This document shows, piece after piece, positions 24,952 through 32,000 of a DNA stretch of 32,000 nucleotides; position 1 is the stretch's first letter, and every line of letters starts with the position of its first letter. The stretch is taken from assembly GCA_049513515.1 (NCBI GenBank), contig JBEKWA010000002.1, forward strand, positions 117,129 to 149,128. The letters run 5' to 3'. The stretch comes from Steroidobacteraceae bacterium. Lineage in GTDB: Bacteria; Pseudomonadota; Gammaproteobacteria; Steroidobacterales; Steroidobacteraceae. Under the pieces are notes generated by a model, which worked only from the letters and a program-made list of their open reading frames with translations, was not told where the DNA came from and ran no database searches. A program made the position numbers and the translations under genes.

Positions 24952-25233
24952 CGGAGCTCAGCAGGACGACGCAGCTGCGAGCGCCCGCGGAAGAGACCTG
25001 CAGCGCGAGCTTCTGCGTGGTGTGTGCGCCAGCAGAATCGCCACGAGGGCCGCCAGTGGCACTGCATAGGGTTCGCTGGTGAGCACCGTCATCGATAAAG
25101 TCCGTGATGCGTCCTTGCCGTGAGCTCGCCAAGGTAGCGTCGAGTGGCAGCCGGCGACATCGAGAAGACTGGGTATCGGGGTCGGGGAAACCCTGTAGGG
25201 GAGACCGGATGGAGCCCAACCGCGGGCGCGAGC

Positions 25234-25881
25234 TCAGGGCTCGATGATGTTGTTGCGGATGGCGTAGCGTACGAGCTCGGGGAGCGACCCGAGGCCCAGT
25301 TTGCGCATTATGTTGCTACGGTGCGTCTCGGCGGTCTTCACGCTGATATTCAGCGCCCGCGCGACGTCTTTATTGCTGTTGCCTTCGACCAGCAGCTGCA
25401 CGATTTCCCGCTCCCGGCCGGAAAGCGTCTGCGCCGCGCTCGGCGCACTCGCCTCGTTGCGCAGATACCCGTCCATGACCACGCGTGCCACGCTCGAAGT
25501 GAAAAATGAGCCGCCTTCGAGCAGCGCCTGCAATGCCACTACCAGTATCCGTCCGGCATCGGATTTCAAAACGTATCCCCGCGCACCGACGCTCAACACT
25601 TCCCGCACGAGTTGCTCGGACTCGTGCGCGGTCAAAATGAGAATGCGCGTGCTGGGCTCGGCCGAGAGAATCCGGCGAGCCGCCTCGAGCCCATTGAGCT
25701 CCGGCATCGTCAGATCGAGCACCACGAGATCCGGCTTGAACTCGGCCGCGGATGCCACCGCGTCTCTGCCATTGGCCACCTCGGCAACGACGACCCAGCC
25801 GGGTACCTCGGACAGCTCCGCGACCAGTCCGCGCCTCAAGAGCTCATGGTCGTCGGCGATGAGTATGCGCGCGGGCTTCAT
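25234..25881 (-). CDS. NarL/FixJ-family response regulator
   Basis: This is the 25234..26364 ORF trimmed to MKPARILIADDHELLRRGL (215 aa). The ATG at 25881 overlaps the kinase stop as ATGA. The acceptor Asp lies in LVVLDLTMPELNG. The HTH is LSGREREIVQLLVEGNSNKDVARALNISVKTAETHRSNIMRKL. Confidence 0.9.
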   Translation of the reverse strand: MKPARILIADDHELLRRGLVAELSEVPGWVVVAEVANGRDAVASAAEFKPDLVVLDLTMPELNGLEAARRILSAEPSTRILILTAHESEQLVREVLSVGARGYVLKSDAGRILVVALQALLEGGSFFTSSVARVVMDGYLRNEASAPSAAQTLSGREREIVQLLVEGNSNKDVARALNISVKTAETHRSNIMRKLGLGSLPELVRYAIRNNIIEP

Positions 25882-27935
25882 GTCGAAACGGCCGGCGGGG
25901 GCTGCCCGATGTACAAGGTGCTGCGGACACGGGTCCCCCTGCTCGTGGATTCGACAGAGAGCGTCCCGCCGATCTGACGCATGCGCTCGCGCATACCCGC
26001 TAACCCGACTCCCAGCAGCGGACCGCTTCCCGGGGTCGCGGGGTCGCCCGCGCGAGGTAGTCCACGGCCGGCATCCTCGACCTCGAGCATGACGCTGTCG
26101 GATTGCACCTTGAGTCGAATGGTCACCCAGGGACTTGCGGCGTGTCGATGGACATTCGTGAGCGCCTCCTGGGCGACCCTGAACAGGCAGAGCTCGCTGT
26201 CGCGCGGCAGCCGGTCCATGGTCTGCGGCAGATCGAGGCGTACCTCGACCGCGCTGCGCTGTCGAAACCCGTCCGCCAGCCAGCGAAGTGCGCTGAGTAG
26301 CCCCAACTCGTCGAGCAAGGGCGGATGGAGGAGGTAGGACGCCGTCCTGATTTCCGTCGAGCACTGCGTCGCCAGACGCGCGCAGTGCTCGAGCAGCTCC
26401 CGGCGGGCCGCCGTGGCCGATCCCGTGTCGTGCATCAGCCGCGCGAGGCCGAGTTCCAGGGCGGCGAGCGTCTGGCCGGTCGAGTCGTGCAGATCACGTC
26501 CGATACGCCGCCGCTCTTCGTCCTGCGACCGCATCAATTCGGCCGACAGCAGTTGCAGATCGTGCTCAGCGCGCTTGCGCGCGGTCTGATCCCGGACCAC
26601 GGCGAGGGCGAGCACGGTGTTGCCGTCCTTGATGGTCGAGAGCCCCACCTCCGCGGGGAAGCTCATGTCGTTGTCCAGCCGCCGATGGAGCCATTCGAAG
26701 CTCGTGCCCCCTTCACGCAGGGCAGTCTCGATTCGCGCGCGCGCGAGATCCTCGGAACGCTGCCCGTCGGGTTGATGCTCCGGCGAAAGGTCCCACGGGG
26801 AGAGCCCTATCGCTTCGCGCTCGCTTTGCAGGCCGAACATCCGGATCGCCGTGCGATTGGCATCCACGAACCGATCGCCCTCTAGGAGGAATACGCTGAA
26901 CTGCGCGTTATTGAACAGCGTCCTGTAATGATGATCCCGGCGGCGCAGCGCGCGCAGGGAGTGGTTCAGGAGCGCCGTCATGCCGAGCACCAGCGCGCTG
27001 AATGCCGCGGTCGTCCCCACGGCCACTCGCCGCCGGCTGCGCCAGGGAGCGAGCGCGGCGTCCCGGGACTGGCCGGCCATGATGTAAATGGGATAGCCGT
27101 TCATGAGATCGTACGCGTAGATCATGTCCTTTTTGGCGACCGATCCATAGCCCTCGACGATGCCTTCATTGCCCTGGGCAATTGCACGTTTGAACAGGTC
27201 ATTCGAGGCGAGATTGGCGCCCGCGGGTAGCTCCAGGGTACCCGGCACTCGGACCAGCAGCGTGCCGTCGCTCGCAATCAACCCCATGGATGCGATCTGA
27301 TCGCTCGATTGCCGATAGAGTCCCTCAAAACCGTCAAAACTGAATAGCGCGCCGGCCCACAGCGTCAGATCCTTGCCCCACGTCACCCGCTGAGCGATCG
27401 GAATCACTGACATATCAGGGCGCTCTGGATCGACGATCGGCGAGCCCACCCACGTGCCGCTCGATGCGGGCACTTGCGCTACAGTCAGCCACTCGGGCGT
27501 TAGCCGGCCGCCGAATGCACCATCGCGGGTCGCGAGCGCAAATCGCTCGCCGTCGGTGAGAAACAAGGAGCGCACGTAGCTTCCGCCCGCGAGCTGCTTG
27601 CGCAGCGTCGTGATGATCTCCAAGCGGCTGGCGAGAATCAGCCCACCCTCCGCCTGCAGCTCATTGGCGCCTGCAACCGCTGCGCCTACCCCGTCATTGA
27701 GCATGGCCAGCGTGCCCGCTTGCAGAGTCGCCGCGACACTGCGGAGTCGCGTGCGCTCCTCATCGAGGGTCTGCTCGTAGTCTCCATGGATACGGGAGCC
27801 GGTGTATGCCCAGCCGATGCCGATCACCACCGCGGCGTACGCGAGCAGCACCCAGTCGAGCGCCGGCGAGGTACCCAGACGTAGCAGACCACGGCGGTCG
27901 GCCCGCGGCGCACCCACGGAATTTTTGCCTGCCAC
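25878..27935 (-). CDS. membrane sensor histidine kinase (periplasmic Cache-like domain, PAS, HisKA_3, HATPase)
   Basis: The GTG start has a GGGAG Shine-Dalgarno. Two TM segments flank a periplasmic region of about 270 aa. A PAS segment follows (YRTLFNNAQFSVFLL...). The HisKA_3 box is DEERRRIGRDLHDSTGQ and the ATPase motif is EALTNVHRHA...GVGLAGMRERM. Confidence 0.9.
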   Translation of the reverse strand: MAGKNSVGAPRADRRGLLRLGTSPALDWVLLAYAAVVIGIGWAYTGSRIHGDYEQTLDEERTRLRSVAATLQAGTLAMLNDGVGAAVAGANELQAEGGLILASRLEIITTLRKQLAGGSYVRSLFLTDGERFALATRDGAFGGRLTPEWLTVAQVPASSGTWVGSPIVDPERPDMSVIPIAQRVTWGKDLTLWAGALFSFDGFEGLYRQSSDQIASMGLIASDGTLLVRVPGTLELPAGANLASNDLFKRAIAQGNEGIVEGYGSVAKKDMIYAYDLMNGYPIYIMAGQSRDAALAPWRSRRRVAVGTTAAFSALVLGMTALLNHSLRALRRRDHHYRTLFNNAQFSVFLLEGDRFVDANRTAIRMFGLQSEREAIGLSPWDLSPEHQPDGQRSEDLARARIETALREGGTSFEWLHRRLDNDMSFPAEVGLSTIKDGNTVLALAVVRDQTARKRAEHDLQLLSAELMRSQDEERRRIGRDLHDSTGQTLAALELGLARLMHDTGSATAARRELLEHCARLATQCSTEIRTASYLLHPPLLDELGLLSALRWLADGFRQRSAVEVRLDLPQTMDRLPRDSELCLFRVAQEALTNVHRHAASPWVTIRLKVQSDSVMLEVEDAGRGLPRAGDPATPGSGPLLGVGLAGMRERMRQIGGTLSVESTSRGTRVRSTLYIGQPPPAVST

Positions 27936-28028
27936 GGAGAGCTCCCGGTGTCATCCCGCCGAACCGTTTTTCCGGGTCAGTTTCCCTCAATCACAGCATG
28001 GGGTCGAGCAGATGTTGTCGCGACGAGG

Positions 28029-30020
28029 TCATCCGCCGGCACGCAGCTCCGCGCTCAAGGATTGCAAGAGGGATTCGAGGGTGTCGGGATCGATGGGCTT
28101 GGTCAAATGGTGGCTGAAACCGGCGGAAAACGCGCGTTGCTTGTCCGATTCCTGACCCCAGCCGGTCACGGCGACGAGTGCCGTTCTGCGGCCCCACGGC
28201 GCGGCCTTGATATTCGCGGCCACCTCGTAGCCGTCGATGTCGGGCAGACCGATGTCGGTCACGACGACGTGCGGCCGAGTCTTCGCCGCGATGGCGAGCG
28301 CCTCGTGACCGGTATAGGCCGTCTGTACGGAGTGGCCAGACAGTTCCAGCAAGGCCGAGCAAGTATCCGCGGCATCGCGGTTGTCGTCGACGACCAGCAC
28401 CTTGAGGCCGCCCCCGTCGACGGGCGGATCCTCATCCGCTTGTGCATCGGTATCGGTGCTTTTGCCGGCGCCCGCCGGGATGGTCACGATGAACTCGCTG
28501 CCGAGTCCCGGGCCGGCGCTGCGTGCCTCGACTCGACCGCCGTGCAAATCCACCACACCGCGCGCCAGTGCGAGGCCGATTCCGAGGCCGCCTTCGGAGT
28601 GGTTCACGACCGTCGAGTCCTGCGCAAACATCGTGAACAACCGGGGCATCATGTCCGTCGAGATGCCCATTCCGTTGTCGCGCACCGACACGATGACCTC
28701 GTTGTCGATCTGCGCGGCGCACAGCTCGATATGGCCGCCCGGGTCGGTGTACTTGGCCGCATTGATGAGTAGATTGGAGAATACCTGCGCCAGACGCACG
28801 GAGTCGGCAACGAGCCTGACCGCCTGCTTGGGCAGGTCCAGCGACAGGTCGTGGCCCTTGGCGTCCAGGATCGGGCGCGCCGCCTCGATGGCGGTTCCAA
28901 GCACGACGGTCAACTCCGTATCGGCGCGTTTCAGCTCGAGCATGCCGCGCGTGATGCGCGACACATCGAGCAGATCATCCAGCAAGCGGCTCATGTGAGC
29001 GACCTGGCGCTCGATGATCTCCTCTGCCCGTCTTTGTTGCTCGGCGGTGCGATCGGACTTCCTGGCCGTGGCGAGGGCGTAGCGAATCGGCGCGAGCGGA
29101 TTGCGCAGCTCGTGGGCGAGGAGTGCCATGAACTCGTCCTTGCGGCGATCCGCCTCGCGCAATGCCTGCTCGCTCTCTTGCAGAGCTTCATCGGCTTCTT
29201 TTCGCTCTGAAATGTCGCGGGCGATTTTCGAGGCGCCGATGATGGTACCGCGCGGATCGCACACCGGGGAGACGCTCACCGAGACGGGAATGCGCCGCCC
29301 GTCTTTAGTCAGCCGAATGGTGTCGAAGTGTTCGACTCGCTCACCGCGGCGTACTCGGTCGAGTATGTGGCGTTCCTCCGCATACATCTCCGGCGGAATG
29401 ATCAGCGTGATCGACTGACCGACCGCCTCCTCGGCCGCGTACCCGAAGATCCGCATCGCGCCCGCATTCCAGGATTGGATCCGACCGTCGAGGTTCTTGC
29501 TGACGATGGCGTCCTCCGAGGACTCCACGATCGCGGCGAGCTGGGCAGCCGTCCGCTCCGCGTTCCTTTGCGGACCGATGTCGCGAGCGATCTTCGACGC
29601 GCCGACGATGGTGCCGCTCGCGTCGCGAATGGGTGAGACCGTGATGGAGAGCTGCAGCCGGTGACCGTCCTTGCGCACGCGAGTGGTCTCGAAGTGGTCG
29701 ATGCGCTCGCCGCGCCTCAACCGGGCCAGGATATGCCGCTCTTCGTCGTGCAGCTCGGCCGGAATGAGCGTCTTAATGGACTTTCCGATAATCTCCTCCG
29801 GCTCATAGCCGAAGAGCCGCACCGCGCCTGCATTCCACGAGGTGATGATCCCGTCGAGCGTCTTACTGAGGATGGCATCGTCGCTGGAATCCACGATGGC
29901 GGCGAGTCGCGCGAGGTGAACCGCATCGCTGAGGTCGCCTGTCACGACGAGGCCGGCTGGCGCGACGAGCCCGCTTGTCGCGACGCGGACCGAGGTTACT
30001 TTCGGGGGGCTTGCGCTCAT
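28029..30020 (-). CDS. hybrid sensor histidine kinase (PAS-PAS-HisKA-HATPase-REC)
   Basis: There are two tandem PAS units. The H-box is FMALLAHELRNPLAPI. The N and G boxes are NLLINAAKYT and GGLGIGLALARG. The C-terminal REC has VLVVDDNRD and VVVTDIGLPDIDG. The ATG at 30020 overlaps the upstream stop as ATGA. Confidence 0.92.
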   Translation of the reverse strand: MSASPPKVTSVRVATSGLVAPAGLVVTGDLSDAVHLARLAAIVDSSDDAILSKTLDGIITSWNAGAVRLFGYEPEEIIGKSIKTLIPAELHDEERHILARLRRGERIDHFETTRVRKDGHRLQLSITVSPIRDASGTIVGASKIARDIGPQRNAERTAAQLAAIVESSEDAIVSKNLDGRIQSWNAGAMRIFGYAAEEAVGQSITLIIPPEMYAEERHILDRVRRGERVEHFDTIRLTKDGRRIPVSVSVSPVCDPRGTIIGASKIARDISERKEADEALQESEQALREADRRKDEFMALLAHELRNPLAPIRYALATARKSDRTAEQQRRAEEIIERQVAHMSRLLDDLLDVSRITRGMLELKRADTELTVVLGTAIEAARPILDAKGHDLSLDLPKQAVRLVADSVRLAQVFSNLLINAAKYTDPGGHIELCAAQIDNEVIVSVRDNGMGISTDMMPRLFTMFAQDSTVVNHSEGGLGIGLALARGVVDLHGGRVEARSAGPGLGSEFIVTIPAGAGKSTDTDAQADEDPPVDGGGLKVLVVDDNRDAADTCSALLELSGHSVQTAYTGHEALAIAAKTRPHVVVTDIGLPDIDGYEVAANIKAAPWGRRTALVAVTGWGQESDKQRAFSAGFSHHLTKPIDPDTLESLLQSLSAELRAGG

Positions 30021-32000
30021 CGAGGATGCGCTTGGGGTTCCTTGAATGGGAGTGAGGATACCTTGGGATCCGTCAGCGCGCGAAGATCGCGTAGTGCGAG
30101 ATCGAAGGGGCCCGCGTGATTGAGCCTGGAGCGTTGTGCTACCAACAGCTCGCGGGCTTGCACGCTCTCTCCCAGATTGACATAAGCAGCAGCGGTGACT
30201 GTAGTCAGATATGCACGCTCACCGTCAGAATGTGCCGACAGCGGAGCGAGCAATCGAGTGCCGAGCCGCACGATGCCGGCGGCGTCCCGCTGCGCGATCG
30301 CCGCGAACAAATTCACCCAGGCGTCTTGTTCACTCCCCACCTCGGCATAGCAGGGGCTCGACAGAATCGAGGCCCACAGCTGCTCGAGCTCCGCGGCATT
30401 GAGATAGGCGGCCGTCTCGTCGCTCAAATTTCTGACGGCGTCGGCCCAGGCCGCCTGCGCGGGAGCCGCTGCGCAGGCCTCGCGGCCCGTGCCGACCAGC
30501 CACAGATATCTCGCGGTGATGGGATCCAGATTGTCGAGGCTGCCGCTCGCCAGCGCCCGGCGAATATCGAGTGCTCGCAGGACGAAACGATCCCGTACCA
30601 CCACGCTGCTCAGCGAGGGATCGAGGGTGGCGGCACGCGGCTTGGACTCGTCGATGAGCTCGAGGAACGGGATGGGCAACAGCGTGAGCGCGGGCAGCTC
30701 CATCGCGTTCTCGTTGAGATAGCGAGAGCGCGGTGCGTGCAAATCGACAAAGGGATAGAAATCGGAATTGGCGGGGACCGGAAGGGACTCGAACACAGGC
30801 CCGAGCGTGCGATTATCCCCGAGCTTGCGCGCCTGAAAGTCAGCCTCGGAGCGGATGCCGACTCGCTCGAGCTCCGCGCGCAGCAGCGGGGCGCGAAGTA
30901 GCTCATCATCCGGGGTACCCAGCGCGGTGCCGCGGGTCGCGACGATCAATACGTCGAGATCGTCGACGTTGTAGAGCGTGTAGGCGCCGAAGTGCGGGGC
31001 TAGCGCCTTGATGATCGAGGCCAAGACGCCGATGTTCGTCTCGTATACCTGCACCCACTGGGCGAAGTATCCGTCCGGTCGCAGGTAATGTGTGATCCGA
31101 TCGTAGAATTCGTCCGAGAACAGGGTGGAGACCCCGCTCACCCAGGGGTTGGAGGGCTCGGATACGATGAGATCATAGGGCTCCCGCGCGGTCGCGAAAA
31201 ACGTCTTGGCGTCCTCGTACACGACATGACTGCGCGGATCCTCGAAGACGTTTTTGATTCGCGGGCCGAAGCCCCGGCGCGCAGCCTCCACCATGAAGGG
31301 CTCGATCTCGATCGAGTCGAGGCGGTCGACGAGCCCGCTGGCGAGCAGGGTGTGCGTGGTCAGTCCCGAGCCGAACCCGATGTTGGCGATGCGCCGTGGG
31401 TGCGGCTGCATGCTAAGCGGGATGGCGGCGGCGAGCACCATGGTGCTTTCGTCGACCGAGGCTTCTCCGGGTCCCATTTGTATGGCCGCGTCGGGCTTGC
31501 CGTTGGTGGCGATCGTCACCAATCCGTCCTTCTCGACCAGGCTGATGGTTGCGGTCTTGCCGTCCCGCAGGTACGTGACGACTGCTCCTTCGGTCAACGT
31601 CGCCGAACCCGTGCGATACACCCCGGAGGTCATGCGCAGCGGATCGAGATGGACGGCGAACAGCACCAGCGCGAAGACCACGAGACCGACTGCCATTGCC
31701 ATCCTCACGGCGGGTTTGGGGAACGGCGGGCTGAGAAATCGAGAGAATCCCAACGCCATATGAATCGCGGCCCCGGTGAGAATGACTCCCTTGATTCCGA
31801 TGCGCGGCATGAGCACATGGATCGTGAGCACAACGCCTACGATGGCGCCGAACGTGTTGGCCGAGTAGATGAAGCCGATGGCGCGCTCGCCGGCGCCGCG
31901 ACGCATGAGCTCGCGCGTGAGCAACGGCAGCGTCATCCCCGCACAGAAGCTTGCCGGGATCATGATGAGCGCTGCGATCAACTGGCTGATCACGTTGAAT
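30017..32000 (-). CDS. membrane-anchored spermidine-synthase-like (PABS-fold) protein with a helical C-terminal extension; 5' end probably beyond the window
   Basis: The reading frame is open through to base 32000. At least four TM segments precede a methyltransferase-fold domain (IANIGFGSGLT, DSIEIEP, DLIVSEPSNPW, LFSDEFY). The C-terminal extension of about 250 aa is Ala/Leu-rich. Its stop overlaps the hybrid kinase ATG. Confidence 0.8.
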   Translation of the reverse strand, partial: FNVISQLIAALIMIPASFCAGMTLPLLTRELMRRGAGERAIGFIYSANTFGAIVGVVLTIHVLMPRIGIKGVILTGAAIHMALGFSRFLSPPFPKPAVRMAMAVGLVVFALVLFAVHLDPLRMTSGVYRTGSATLTEGAVVTYLRDGKTATISLVEKDGLVTIATNGKPDAAIQMGPGEASVDESTMVLAAAIPLSMQPHPRRIANIGFGSGLTTHTLLASGLVDRLDSIEIEPFMVEAARRGFGPRIKNVFEDPRSHVVYEDAKTFFATAREPYDLIVSEPSNPWVSGVSTLFSDEFYDRITHYLRPDGYFAQWVQVYETNIGVLASIIKALAPHFGAYTLYNVDDLDVLIVATRGTALGTPDDELLRAPLLRAELERVGIRSEADFQARKLGDNRTLGPVFESLPVPANSDFYPFVDLHAPRSRYLNENAMELPALTLLPIPFLELIDESKPRAATLDPSLSSVVVRDRFVLRALDIRRALASGSLDNLDPITARYLWLVGTGREACAAAPAQAAWADAVRNLSDETAAYLNAAELEQLWASILSSPCYAEVGSEQDAWVNLFAAIAQRDAAGIVRLGTRLLAPLSAHSDGERAYLTTVTAAAYVNLGESVQARELLVAQRSRLNHAGPFDLALRDLRALTDPKVSSLPFKEPQAHPR

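Noticed and set aside
24952-25233. I searched all three minus-strand frames upstream of the EAL gene for a GGDEF-domain remnant.
   Set aside because: No GG(D/E)EF motif or flanking diguanylate cyclase motifs were found in any frame.
1-32000. I scanned the window for mobile elements, CRISPR arrays, tRNA or rRNA genes, and defence-system hallmarks such as nucleases, reverse transcriptases or toxin-antitoxin pairs.
   Set aside because: No repeat-spacer periodicity, tRNA-like T-arm contexts, transposase or integrase motifs, or recognisable defence genes were seen by eye. A computational scan would still be needed to exclude them.

Overview
The window is GC-rich, densely coding and proteobacterial in style. 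I saw no tRNA, rRNA, CRISPR array, transposase or integrase. Nine gene junctions overlap (eight as ATGA or GTGA, one by a single base), and I used these overlaps to correct over-extended ORF-track starts.

(1) 1-7225 is a cobalamin module. On the minus strand, cobT-cobS-cobC-cobU-btuF-btuC sits behind a cobalamin riboswitch. A second cobalamin riboswitch on the plus strand drives a TonB-dependent receptor (btuB-like).

(2) 7345-16272 holds single-function genes:
- a non-pyrrolysine MttB-family methyltransferase
- a class V aminotransferase plus APC permease pair
- a GST
- DNA polymerase II
- an orphan PilU ATPase
- a small low-GC hypothetical ORF

(3) 16373-23376 is my best candidate for an undescribed system, an envelope cluster built around an ECF sigma factor:
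- a secreted beta-propeller protein
- a TorF-family porin
- ECF sigma, a zf-HC2 anti-sigma and an S8 lipoprotein protease, all translationally coupled
- after a terminator, a lipoprotein that fuses a TIGR03118-like propeller to an Ig-like domain and a CxxCH Planctomycete-type cytochrome c domain

An identical AACC-N15-GTTACT motif lies upstream of both the sigma gene and the fusion lipoprotein gene.

(4) 23447-32000 is a six-gene minus-strand signalling array:
- a membrane spermidine-synthase-like protein
- a PAS-PAS hybrid kinase
- a dCache/HisKA_3 kinase
- a NarL-type regulator
- a C-terminally short EAL protein
- a LuxR-type regulator

All functional calls rest on hand-read motifs and remembered family signatures. 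No database search was run.
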